Sequence record: MF402939
DNA from: Escherichia phage OSYSP
Strand: one strand, 5' to 3'
DNA length: 64,000 nt
The notes below the pieces were generated by a model that saw nothing but the letters and a program-made list of their open reading frames with translations, made no database searches and was not told where the DNA came from. Positions within the stretch are counted from its first letter, which is position 1, and every line of letters starts with the position of its first letter. This document shows positions 32,683-41,848 of the stretch, piece by piece. The translations under genes were made by a program, and so were the position numbers.

Positions 32683-32711
32683 TTGCTTTTATCCCTCTAT
32701 TTTGCTATAAT
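32683..32711 (+). promoter_or_regulatory. Strong early promoter for llp (TTGCTT, 17 bp spacer, TATAAT, then AGACTCATAAATTAGA)
   Basis: Hexamers and start region read directly; strong resemblance to T5 PN25 architecture as remembered. Confidence 0.65.
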
Positions 32712-32742
32712 AGACTCATAAATTAGAAATGGAGAGATAAAT

Positions 32743-33009
32743 ATGAAAAAGTTTGTGATTGCACTAGTTGCCGCAGTTATGTTGTCTGGTTGTGCACCTG
32801 CCCCCAAACCATTTTGTACGGGATTTGTAAAATCTTTTGGCGGTGCGGGAGAGGAGCATTACGGCCTCAAGGTTCAAAAAGTTCGTATTAAGGGAGATCG
32901 CTTTCCAGTAGTACAGCTCCGTACTAAGTTTGGGTGGTGGGATCTCAGTCAGTTTGACCTTAAATACGGTGATTGTAAATTTAAACTAGAGCAATCTAAC
33001 TACCTGTAA
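32743..33009 (+). CDS. llp: Lytic-conversion lipoprotein Llp-like (receptor-blocking, superinfection exclusion)
   Basis: Signal peptide plus lipobox LSGC; 88 aa; divergent neighbour of the receptor-binding protein gene. Confidence 0.75.
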   Translation: MKKFVIALVAAVMLSGCAPAPKPFCTGFVKSFGGAGEEHYGLKVQKVRIKGDRFPVVQLRTKFGWWDLSQFDLKYGDCKFKLEQSNYL

Positions 33010-33122
33010 TTAGTATAAAGCAAAAAGACATCCAAGTAAACTAAATTTTTTATTTCTTGGACGGTATACTGGCAGAAACCACTATATAAGAAAAGTAGAA
33101 GTCCTTCTAGGAAGTCGCAAGC

Positions 33123-33314
33123 ATGGTTGGTTATGCACAAACTATAAAATATTTTAAATACCACACTTATAGGAGCATGAAAGATATGTCAAACAAAAGA
33201 AAGAGTAGGCGCGGAGAAGTGTACGATAGTTGGATTAATAGTTTTGGATTCGGAACTATCCTATTCTTTATTTTCGTAGGTTTTTGGTTAGCAGCTATGG
33301 CGGGGTGGATTTAA
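33123..33314 (+). CDS. Small membrane protein (63 aa)
   Basis: C-terminal hydrophobic helix ILFFIFVGFWLAAMAGWI; AGGAAG RBS; first gene of a four-gene overlapping operon. Confidence 0.5.
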   Translation: MVGYAQTIKYFKYHTYRSMKDMSNKRKSRRGEVYDSWINSFGFGTILFFIFVGFWLAAMAGWI

Positions 33315-33421
33315 TGGAATGGGTAATTATTGCGTTGCTAGGGATTGTGATTATTGGGCAATGTATTTTAGATAATCACTTAGCTAGAATTGAAACTTTA
33401 CTAACGGAGAAACGTAAATGA
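33314..33421 (+). CDS. Small membrane protein (35 aa)
   Basis: ATG overlaps previous stop (TAATG); hydrophobic N-terminus WVIIALLGIVIIG; not in the ORF track because under 60 aa. Confidence 0.4.
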   Translation: MEWVIIALLGIVIIGQCILDNHLARIETLLTEKRK

Positions 33422-33612
33422 TGGAAGTAGTAGCTACACTAATAGTAATACTAGTCTGGGCAACTTTCATTGTTTCTTATAACGCGTATGTTCGCCTAAA
33501 AACTCTAGAGGCCCAGGTAAAGCAGCAACAATTTGCACTAGAAAAATTAGTAGAGCTTCAACGCTGTGATAGTACCCGTATTCTGCAAATTGAGAGGGAA
33601 TTAGATGTTTAG
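33418..33612 (+). CDS. Small membrane protein (64 aa)
   Basis: ATG overlaps previous stop (ATGA); N-terminal TM helix followed by coiled-coil segment. Confidence 0.5.
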   Translation: MMEVVATLIVILVWATFIVSYNAYVRLKTLEAQVKQQQFALEKLVELQRCDSTRILQIERELDV

Positions 33613-33850
33613 TATTATAATTGCTTTTATTATCGGGATACTCACGGGAGTTTTCGGAATGACTGCGGCAATCAACAAGCATCGTAAATATATTGCGGAA
33701 GTATCGCGGGAGATTGCGGAAAGGGAGCGGAAGTTTGATGAGAAACGTGCGGAGTTCGAACGAGAGTGGTCGGACGGTTCTCGGGCGTCGCGGAAGAGAT
33801 TCCGTGAGTTCAGACCAGAATACAGGTTTGATGACCCTTCTATGCGCTAA
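33605..33850 (+). CDS. Small membrane protein with charged C-terminal tail (81 aa)
   Basis: GAGAGGG RBS; N-terminal TM helix IIIAFIIGILTGVFGM; Arg/Glu-rich C-terminus. Confidence 0.5.
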   Translation: MFSIIIAFIIGILTGVFGMTAAINKHRKYIAEVSREIAERERKFDEKRAEFEREWSDGSRASRKRFREFRPEYRFDDPSMR

Positions 33851-34002
33851 TTTGACTTTTGCCAATTTCTTTGGATTACGTACGCGTGGGTGTGTCCAGT
33901 GGCCCCCCAGATGAGAATGAGTCTCATTACCGCCTGGTACTTAGCAGGCTAATAGTCCCGGCATGTTATCATTACACACCGGGACTATTTCAACTTTAAT
34001 TA

Positions 34003-34737
34003 CTACGCAACTTTTAATTTCTCAATATATTGTTGCGGGCTGCAACTATATTCTGCGCGTTCTTCTTCGGTCATACCTTCCCAACATAATTGCAGGCGGT
34101 CGGCTAGGAACTGATAATCATTATCATCCTCAAGAGATTCATCGATAAAGGTTTCACCTATCAATGTAACCCCAATCGATAGAATATCGTTAACGGCTTG
34201 TGCGTCCAGCGTTTTAAATCCGTATGATGCCGCCGCTGATAGCACGCCTTTATGATCATCAATCATCGTGAAATCAGCGTTCGGATATAATTGTTTAAAT
34301 AACTCAAAGTAATGGCTTTTATAAATAGCGTCTTTGCTGTGGTATATTTCGCTAACTTTATCAGCCTCAAAATATTTGTGTAGTGTATCGCGGGAAAATA
34401 CACGGATATTACTATCCCCACGCCCTCGCAATCCTTGTTTACGCAAATAATAATAATCCGACTTGCTCATCAGTCGAGCGGTGCAAATAATGTTTAATGT
34501 ATTTGCGTCATTCATGCACTGGCGCATATATGTAACAAGGGGCAATAAAGTATCTTGCATTATTAAATCATGTTTGCAGGCTTCATTTTTATACTTATTT
34601 AAATCTAAATTGCCCTCGCTATCAAAGCAAGGCGCTACACGATGGAAAGAATTAATGATAGTGCCGTCCAGATCCCAAATCATGACGCGGGAAATATGCG
34701 GGAAATTACGGGTAATATTCATTTTAACTTGATTCAT
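34003..34737 (-). CDS. dmp: HAD-family 5'-deoxynucleotidase (T5 Dmp-like)
   Basis: HAD motif I IWDLDGTI near N-terminus; start chosen at MNQVK (GGAGAA RBS 9 nt upstream) giving 244 aa; the track ORF extends to 34779. Confidence 0.65.
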   Translation of the reverse strand: MNQVKMNITRNFPHISRVMIWDLDGTIINSFHRVAPCFDSEGNLDLNKYKNEACKHDLIMQDTLLPLVTYMRQCMNDANTLNIICTARLMSKSDYYYLRKQGLRGRGDSNIRVFSRDTLHKYFEADKVSEIYHSKDAIYKSHYFELFKQLYPNADFTMIDDHKGVLSAAASYGFKTLDAQAVNDILSIGVTLIGETFIDESLEDDNDYQFLADRLQLCWEGMTEEERAEYSCSPQQYIEKLKVA

Positions 34738-34817
34738 TTTGTTACGTTCTCCATTAAAGGGATTTAGTTTATCCAGCATTGCCCGCTATTTATCAGCGGG
34801 CAATAATAAATCAACTA

Positions 34818-35210
34818 TTAAAGACCATAAGCCAACGCATCAGCGATAAAACTAATATCTTCACCTGATACGCTGGAACGAATCCCCGCACAAGTATATA
34901 CTTTTGCGCTGATCAATTGATCATCGAGGCAAGCGGGGCAAGGCGCGACAACTGCAAAGGCTAGGCCGGATTTTACGGCGTCGATGATAATCGTTTCTTG
35001 TTTCACAGTATCAACATAAACACCTTTTGCTTTAATATGGCTGGTTAGTTTACCTTGCATATATGCAAAGGTAGTAACCTGCAAAGCGTCATTAAAATCT
35101 AATAGGTCATCAATAACGTGCCCCGCCTCGACGTGGTAACGTTCACCATTAGAATAAACCAGAACAATTGAGGACTGAGCGCGATCGAATGGAATATTTT
35201 GCTTTTTCAT
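34818..35210 (-). CDS. Hypothetical pre-early protein (130 aa)
   Basis: GGAG RBS; CPAC motif; no family recognised. Confidence 0.5.
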   Translation of the reverse strand: MKKQNIPFDRAQSSIVLVYSNGERYHVEAGHVIDDLLDFNDALQVTTFAYMQGKLTSHIKAKGVYVDTVKQETIIIDAVKSGLAFAVVAPCPACLDDQLISAKVYTCAGIRSSVSGEDISFIADALAYGL

Positions 35211-35248
35211 ATTTATAAAACTCCAATTAGTTTAATAATGGATTTAAT

Positions 35249-35506
35249 TTATTTGATAATAATCTGCATCTGGTACGGCGTTAATTCACCGTTTACGGGT
35301 AAATTATTATCGCTCAGCCACTCATAAAAAGCGTCATCGTCATCAAAAGGAACAATATCGTTATCACGGGAATCGACGGAAATAATACCATCCGTATTAG
35401 TTTTGGCGGCTAGGATAGGCCCGAAGCTGTAAACTTTATCAGATTCCATTTCATCCGGTGAAATGAATACTTTTTCGTCTAATGTTTTGGGAAGAGTAAC
35501 TTTCAT
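35249..35506 (-). CDS. Small acidic protein (85 aa), candidate DNA mimic
   Basis: AGGAG RBS; about 19 Asp/Glu versus 8 Lys/Arg including a DDDD run. Confidence 0.5.
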   Translation of the reverse strand: MKVTLPKTLDEKVFISPDEMESDKVYSFGPILAAKTNTDGIISVDSRDNDIVPFDDDDAFYEWLSDNNLPVNGELTPYQMQIIIK

Positions 35507-35561
35507 TTAATTTAGCTCCTATAATAGCGGCTATATTTCAAGCCGCTAGGGTATTAATTAT

Positions 35562-37226
35562 TTACGCGAAAAATTTACCGTTTTTAAAGTCGATCAAAGT
35601 GCGCTGACCGTTTGCATAGGTAATAACATGCGTTTGCGTCCAGCTTGACGCGCCAACGTTGTAACCCATGTCCAGACTACCAGCTACGCCAGCGGTATAT
35701 ACCCCGCCGTAAATGCTTGCCGTATGAGTATGCCCCGTGTTTAATTTGCCCAATTTCTTAAACTGTTTAGGATTGCCACGGCTGCCGTTAATGCCATTGT
35801 GACCGTGTACGCCGCACTCGATGCCTGCAATTTTAAATGATTGGTCAGTTGTTAGGAAAATGGCGTTAAATTCACAACCTGCAACCTTACGCAGCGCATA
35901 ATCAAGCACGTTGAAAGTATCGTCATGATCACCGATTGCCGCGTAAATTGCAGCATTTAGGCGGTGATATAGTTCCGCGTTTGCGGGATCGTCTTTAATG
36001 TTAGCATTACGATCATCAAGCCAACGGGATAGCGCTAAATCGTGGTTTGATTCCACGATGATTGTTTGAGAAAAATCGCGCTCCATTGACTCCAGCACGC
36101 GCCCCGTATCGATGAGATCATCCAGAACCTTATCACGTCCGGCGGCGTATTGTTTTGCTAGGAATACACCCGAAGCGCGGTTGTGATGGTTGCGGGATGT
36201 AAAATCATGCACGTCATGAATAAACTGATATTTAGGCTTGAGAATATCAAGCAAGCTATTTTCGCCAGCCCATGACGCAACGGCGCAATCGTCATCTAAT
36301 TTTTCGGCGTGAATATCGCCATATTGCAAGCCTAAAACATGCCCCGATGTTTCATAACATCCGGCGGGAGTGGCGCAAATATTCAAATCGTAAAACACGC
36401 CGCTTTCGTCCATCGTTTCAAGCTGGCGAACAAAAAATTCTCCGTCTTCGTCAAACTCAACAACAAGCGCACCGAAATTATGCAGCGCCTCGGCCTTTTG
36501 TCCTGCTTTCTGCTGGATGTAATTTTTTAGGGTTGCCGTTCCAGTTGAATACATACGACGCACTACTTCACCTTTTAAAGCTGGCACGCTTTCGGCGGTA
36601 ATTTTAGCGTGACCAATTGCCAGACCTTCCAGATTAAGCGCCGTTGCAGTTTCAGCGAATCCAGAAAGCGGATAATCTGCGGTTGGCAAAACGTTAATTT
36701 CAGCCATGAAAGCAAAACGGCGGTTATTTAAAAACACGTTTTTATTGCAGATATATTTGTCAAATGCGGAATCATATTTTATTCCTTCTGCACCCTCGCC
36801 ATTTTGAAAACCGTTTTTGTTATAAATAAACTTGCTAACCAGCAAATCAGCGCCGATATATTTAGCAAATTGCTCCAGTGAGGCTAAAAAGTTTTTATGC
36901 GGGAAAGTATTATTCTGAATCGACGTAATAATAAAGCGTTTACCCTGCTTTACTTCCCATTGCTCAACCGTGCTAGAAACAATCCCCGCCGCTTCTGGAC
37001 GCTCATCGTTTTTAATGGCTTTTGCTACTTTCGCCGCTTTCGGTTTAGCTGGTTTATTTGCTTCCAACCAGTCGCAGATAGCGGTCGAGTGTTTTGTTGT
37101 ATCGTAGACCGCTTTTGATATATCGTCGCAGACCTCCAGTTTAGTAGCGCGCAGACGTTTACCATAGAAATTAAAGTCAGCGGCCATTTTCAGGATAACG
37201 GTTTGTTTTTCTGCGGAAATAATCAT
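35562..37226 (-). CDS. A1: A1-like pre-early protein with metallophosphoesterase motifs
   Basis: 554 aa (T5 A1 about 556); calcineurin-like motifs GDIH, HDVHD, ESNHD, GHTH; sits beside an A2-like gene. Confidence 0.75.
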   Translation of the reverse strand: MIISAEKQTVILKMAADFNFYGKRLRATKLEVCDDISKAVYDTTKHSTAICDWLEANKPAKPKAAKVAKAIKNDERPEAAGIVSSTVEQWEVKQGKRFIITSIQNNTFPHKNFLASLEQFAKYIGADLLVSKFIYNKNGFQNGEGAEGIKYDSAFDKYICNKNVFLNNRRFAFMAEINVLPTADYPLSGFAETATALNLEGLAIGHAKITAESVPALKGEVVRRMYSTGTATLKNYIQQKAGQKAEALHNFGALVVEFDEDGEFFVRQLETMDESGVFYDLNICATPAGCYETSGHVLGLQYGDIHAEKLDDDCAVASWAGENSLLDILKPKYQFIHDVHDFTSRNHHNRASGVFLAKQYAAGRDKVLDDLIDTGRVLESMERDFSQTIIVESNHDLALSRWLDDRNANIKDDPANAELYHRLNAAIYAAIGDHDDTFNVLDYALRKVAGCEFNAIFLTTDQSFKIAGIECGVHGHNGINGSRGNPKQFKKLGKLNTGHTHTASIYGGVYTAGVAGSLDMGYNVGASSWTQTHVITYANGQRTLIDFKNGKFFA

Positions 37227-37322
37227 ATTAATAAAACTCCATTAAAGGGATTAAAAACGTTTGTTATTGGCAAATATTGCCAAATATAACGCCTTGAATA
37301 ATAGGCGTTATAATTTGCAACA

Positions 37323-37520
37323 TTAATTTAAAGGCATAAGGCTAGAACTAACACCACAAGCAACGGCGGCAATAAAACAAATCAGACCTAAACGCTTTGC
37401 CAATTTAGACTTACGTTTAAAATAATATGAGTCTAAATCATTTTGAAAATAAGCGAATAATAACGAGGCCGCCATAATAAATAAGCCTAGAATGAGGGAT
37501 TCAGTAGGGTAAAAGATCAT
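37323..37520 (-). CDS. Small membrane protein (65 aa)
   Basis: GGAG RBS; two hydrophobic helices. Confidence 0.45.
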   Translation of the reverse strand: MIFYPTESLILGLFIMAASLLFAYFQNDLDSYYFKRKSKLAKRLGLICFIAAVACGVSSSLMPLN

Positions 37521-37576
37521 TTTAAAACTCCAGTCAAAGGGAAATTATAGTGGGGAATATTCCCCACTAATTAAAT

Positions 37577-37984
37577 TTATTCGCCTGCGGCTTGTTTTAC
37601 TTCATCGGCAACGCCTAACAGTTGCGCCACGGCGTCCAGTGTTTCAAGTTTTGCACTTTCCAGACTTGCCAGATCATCGGCGTCTTTGATAATGCCGGAA
37701 TCAATAGCATGTTTAGCGATAACGCGTACATAGTGAGCTTTGCGGATTGAGCTACCGCCGCCAACTTTGCGCGGCTTATCGCTTTTCTGATACGCTTTCG
37801 CGCTGGTCAATTTTGACCGAACGGATACGGGAGAAGCCGCGCCCACTGCTTTTGCAATCTCTTTTAAACCGTAGCTATTTGCGAAATCTAAACCGTTTTC
37901 ATTGATTAACTGCTGATACATGGAAACGGCTTTTTGGGTGTTTTCTTCATTCCAAGCAAATTTTGCGGTTTTAACGTTAGTCAT
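37577..37984 (-). CDS. A2: A2-like pre-early DNA-binding protein
   Basis: 135 aa; GGAG RBS; basic central region; immediately upstream of the A1-like gene. Confidence 0.6.
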   Translation of the reverse strand: MTNVKTAKFAWNEENTQKAVSMYQQLINENGLDFANSYGLKEIAKAVGAASPVSVRSKLTSAKAYQKSDKPRKVGGGSSIRKAHYVRVIAKHAIDSGIIKDADDLASLESAKLETLDAVAQLLGVADEVKQAAGE

Positions 37985-38082
37985 GGTAAAAACTCCTATT
38001 AGTTTAATTTAAGGGATAAGATTAACATAGTGTTAATCATTATATTCCCCATATTTCAGAGGAATATAAAGTTAACACTAAA

Positions 38083-38334
38083 TTATAACACAGCTTCCCA
38101 TTTTTCGTTACGCTGTACAACCTTTACAACGTCGCCGGATTTAACGCGAACGCTAAAAACGGTTTTGCCGTTGTTACTACGTTCATTTTCAGCGTATACC
38201 GCGTCGATTGTATCAAACGGCATAAGCGCCGCACCTTTAATACGTTCGGCTTTTCCGGTTAGTTCATCCGTTTTAGTAACGAAAGGAATAAAAACGGATT
38301 GACCAATTTTAGGCGCGGTAATAACGTTTTTCAT
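38083..38334 (-). CDS. Hypothetical pre-early protein (83 aa)
   Basis: AGGAG RBS 10 nt upstream; first gene downstream of the divergent control region. Confidence 0.5.
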   Translation of the reverse strand: MKNVITAPKIGQSVFIPFVTKTDELTGKAERIKGAALMPFDTIDAVYAENERSNNGKTVFSVRVKSGDVVKVVQRNEKWEAVL

Positions 38335-38370
38335 AATATAAACTCCTAGTTATTTGGGGATTGTTCCGCA

Positions 38371-38395
38371 TTACCTGCTAGAAAGTAGCAGGTAA
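38371..38395. repeat. Perfect 10-bp-stem inverted repeat TTACCTGCTA-GAAAG-TAGCAGGTAA
   Basis: Read directly; lies 37 bp upstream of the 38083..38334 gene start; no flanking T-run. Confidence 0.6.
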
Positions 38396-39223
38396 TAAGC
38401 AACAATCCGCTCACCGCTATAATCAATTTAAAGAACTCCATGCAGGCCGCTATATCCCAGTTAGGGGGCGGGACACATTATGGTAAGTGCCGACCGTCAG
38501 ATTTTATCAAGTTATCGCTCTTATCGAACTGAGTACATCTTAAAGCCTATCGGCTAGGTTGTCAAACAATTTTTTGCAGTTTTTTATAATTCTCTTTCAA
38601 GTCAATCATAATATTTCGCCAGATCATTTCTAAACCTTGCTGGCGGCCTTTCTTGTACTGCGTGAATCGGTATTTTACCGATCTTTGCGCTACTGTCAAC
38701 AAATTTTTTGTTTTGCTGTCCAGTGCCTTGCTAGGTTTACCAGTGATCAATAAAGTTTGTTTCATATCTGCGATTCCTTATAATGTATAAGTTTACCGCC
38801 GATAGACTTTAAGATGTACCCAATTTTTAAAGAGCGCGGCGGTAAACTTCCCGCCGTGTAGTTCGTCATTGCCGCCCTACGAGATAAATAATAAGGGATT
38901 CACAAAAATGGCGCAACCTTATTTTTGTAAAGAAACGTAAAGACAAATGCCACCGGACACCGTGCGGCGACCTGGGCGCGACGCACTAAAATTAAAAGAA
39001 ACGGGCGCGCGAATACCACAAAACATAGCAGATAGGCAAGTAATTTTTTCATTTATATTTGCTTTGCCCTACTTGACAAAATCTAAAAAACTCGTGGTAG
39101 CGATAAACGAGGGTAGGCAATGCAATGGCATGGCTAAAAACTTCATCGCGTTCTAGGGCGTTTTAGGCGCATTCTAGCCTTGTTGATAACTTATCCCCAG
39201 AAGCAAAAATGAAATTTTCCTAG

Positions 39224-39633
39224 TTATCCACTTGACTTTTATTTTCCAGTGGATAACTACTTATTTTATAAAATAAATTAATTGACTTTTATTTGTTAGT
39301 ATGCGTCGGAAAGATAGCAGACTAATAATTGCTAGGATGATAATCATGCTGGTGGATTGTAACGGCTTAAATTATTAGCAGACTATTAATCACGGAAAAT
39401 CTCATTAGCCAACTAACTATTTCATGATATATAATATACTTATAAATTAAGGAGAAATAATAATTATAAGAAATAATAGCTACAGTAAATATTAACTATA
39501 AGAAACTATCGGCCTAAGTGAGAACCACTATCATTTAAGTTATCCACAACGTTATCCACAGCACAAAATGATTTGACATAATAGGCGGTGATATAAGGAC
39601 TTTTACACAGACTTATCCACAGCTTATCCTACT
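39224..39633. promoter_or_regulatory. Divergent control region with DnaA boxes: inverted pair TTATCCACT/AGTGGATAA (39224-39256), palindrome TTATTTTATAAAATAA, perfect TTATCCACA boxes at 39540, 39552 and 39613
   Basis: Exact matches to the E. coli DnaA box consensus TTATCCACA read directly; duplicated TTGACTTTTATTT on both sides of the palindrome. Confidence 0.6.
39405..39435 (+). promoter_or_regulatory. Candidate promoter for the rightward pre-early operon
   Basis: TATAAT at 39430-39435 followed by ACTTATAAATTAAGGAGA, resembling the other early promoters; -35 is weak. Confidence 0.35.
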
Positions 39634-39914
39634 GTATAAATATACAAGGTAAAAAGGTAGTGTTAACAACTGCAATCAATTTTAAGCGGCCTAAAACGCT
39701 TTCTAACGAGCTAAATGCGGTGGGGTAATATTAAAGTAAAGTCTTCACCCGTCGCCCTGGTGGCTTCACTGTGTTTTGCTCTTTATTGCACCGCTGCGCG
39801 GTTAGCATAAAACTAGGCGCTAGGCAAGGAAAATAAAAAGGTAAAATAATATTTGCCCCTAGAAAGAAAATACCTTTATCATTCACTCACCGATTAACGA
39901 GGGAGGCCGAACAA

Positions 39915-40907
39915 ATGAGGCTTTATAAACCAGATAACGCAACCGTCTTAAAAGGTGCATTGCGCAACCTGCTGGATGGTAGCAGAACAACCAGCATTAA
40001 ACATTTTGTTTTCAATATTGAAACACTTCATCGTAATTTTCTTGATGATTACGATGCTTATAATATGAATAGTTTTCTACCGTTATATAATCAAGGGGCA
40101 ACGCTTGTTTTATATAATCAGGAATCTCACTTGCTTACTAGTCGAGGGCCAGATACTGATTTTATTATAGTGAAAGGCAGTACAGTAAAAGCCTATGATG
40201 CGGGGGCGGGCTTAGAAGTTTTCACGATAGAAAATTATGAGCCTTATGATAAGGATCTTTATGACGTAGAAAATTTTCTCGATTCATTTTGGCGTTATTT
40301 ATCAATTGGGTGGAATCGATCAGATTATCACGGGTATCGTTTTGCGGCTATAATGGCTTTTGATGATAACGGTAATTTTTTGCTACCGTCGGAATTATAC
40401 CCGTATGTATATAATGATTTAATAGAGGAGGCTGGTTTTACTTTCTGGAAAGATGAAGATCAGCCTATTGACAACACGGAAAAACATGCTGTAAATTCTA
40501 ACACTCAAAGCGTTAACACTCAAACTACTGAAAATAAAGGGAAAAATACTATGACCAAGATCGCTAACATCGTTGCCGCTAATAAATCCGCTGTTGTAAA
40601 CGCTGCAAAACTGGAAGCGGGTAAAATTGCACTGACTCAAATCACGAAAGTAGCGGCTAAAAAACCGCCGTTTATTATCAAGGGTTATATTGATACGCCG
40701 ATTGGTCGGGTAGTGATTGCCAACCTGCTGAGTGTAGCGGTTGACCAGTACGCCCCGAGTAACCAGAAAGCGAAAGCGGTAGCAGGAGCGGCTATGGAAG
40801 CGGCAATGCTAGAAATGGTGCAAAGTTTTAACATCGCTGAAATGATCGATGAAATGGTAAAAGGTATCGATATTTCTACTTTCACCGTTAACAACGAAAG
40901 CGAGTAA
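39915..40907 (+). CDS. Hypothetical pre-early protein (330 aa), two-domain
   Basis: Strong RBS GAGGGAGG; N-terminal domain, Asn/Thr/Gln-rich linker, Ala/Lys-rich C-terminal domain; no family recognised. Confidence 0.6.
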   Translation: MRLYKPDNATVLKGALRNLLDGSRTTSIKHFVFNIETLHRNFLDDYDAYNMNSFLPLYNQGATLVLYNQESHLLTSRGPDTDFIIVKGSTVKAYDAGAGLEVFTIENYEPYDKDLYDVENFLDSFWRYLSIGWNRSDYHGYRFAAIMAFDDNGNFLLPSELYPYVYNDLIEEAGFTFWKDEDQPIDNTEKHAVNSNTQSVNTQTTENKGKNTMTKIANIVAANKSAVVNAAKLEAGKIALTQITKVAAKKPPFIIKGYIDTPIGRVVIANLLSVAVDQYAPSNQKAKAVAGAAMEAAMLEMVQSFNIAEMIDEMVKGIDISTFTVNNESE

Positions 40908-40971
40908 TAATATTAAGCGGGGATTGTTACCCCGCTTTAATGTTCCCTTGTTAATTAATAGGAGGCTAATT

Positions 40972-41466
40972 ATGTCAGAAGAAAAATATGGCTTCTCACT
41001 GGGAGAAGTGAGCACGGCTAAACACGATATGATCATTTTGGTCGATTGTCATACTGGCTATTGCGGAGAAGGCTGGACGGAGGAACATTTTGTTCCAGCT
41101 GGCTGTAATCTGGACGCTTTCGCTCAGGAAATGGCTGTTGATAATGCTTCTCGTTTCGGTAGCGATGGCTATGAAGACGAGGAAACTGGCGAATGGTATG
41201 AAAATGAAAACGTATACGCTAGTCTTTATCATTATCAATTAAGTAAATCCGGCGCATATGTAAACGGCGGCGATCCTATTAATTCCATCATGAGATTAAT
41301 TATTAAACATGGTGGCGTCGAGATAATTGATAACAAAGCGGTAATATACGCAAACCGATTAAAACAGCTTGTTTATATTCCTGATAATACCCGATGGGAT
41401 GAATATGCTGTTTTGCATGACGAATTGAAACGATGTTTCAATATTGAATCCTTACAAGTAGTCTAA
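40972..41466 (+). CDS. Hypothetical pre-early protein (164 aa)
   Basis: Start at MSEEKYG with RBS AGGAGG (the track ORF begins at 40924); acidic, Cys-containing. Confidence 0.55.
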   Translation: MSEEKYGFSLGEVSTAKHDMIILVDCHTGYCGEGWTEEHFVPAGCNLDAFAQEMAVDNASRFGSDGYEDEETGEWYENENVYASLYHYQLSKSGAYVNGGDPINSIMRLIIKHGGVEIIDNKAVIYANRLKQLVYIPDNTRWDEYAVLHDELKRCFNIESLQVV

Positions 41467-41571
41467 TGTAAAGTTTTGTAAAGGTCGCCTTTTATGGTGG
41501 CCTTTTTTGTTATAATGCTTTTACACCAAAACGGTGGATTGAAAATTTTCCCAAAAATTTGGAGGCTTAAA

Positions 41572-41802
41572 ATGGTTGCATACTCTTCTGCTAGTCATCT
41601 GTTTACCGCGCAAGGCTGGGTATCTAATCGCGTCATCATTCATGAAATGGTGCAGGAGTTCGGCATTGCTAAAACTTACACTACCATTCAGGAACTATAC
41701 AACGCCGATAAAATCGATCAGCAAACGGCTGGCTTTTTGCTGGATACCCTGAAGGCGGAACATTGCACCAAAAAACAAGCCGCTAAAATTGTTTTAATGT
41801 AA
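41572..41802 (+). CDS. Hypothetical pre-early protein (76 aa)
   Basis: Start at MVAYSSA with GGAGG RBS (the track ORF begins at 41494). Confidence 0.5.
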   Translation: MVAYSSASHLFTAQGWVSNRVIIHEMVQEFGIAKTYTTIQELYNADKIDQQTAGFLLDTLKAEHCTKKQAAKIVLM

Positions 41803-41848
41803 TTAATAACGGGGCGTTATTTTCGCCCCGCTAACTAGGAGAATGAAA

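Noticed and set aside
38562-39156. ORFs 38562..38765 (-) and 38947..39156 (+) in the divergent control region
   Set aside because: No convincing ribosome-binding sites; the region is dense in promoter-like, palindromic and DnaA-box elements and is more likely regulatory. A small basic protein from 38562..38765 cannot be fully excluded.
41475-41512. Terminator or promoter between the second and third genes of the rightward operon
   Set aside because: The apparent hairpin arms (GGTCGCC / GGTGGCC) are not complementary and the -35 to -10 spacing is wrong; only a T-run and an isolated TATAAT are present.
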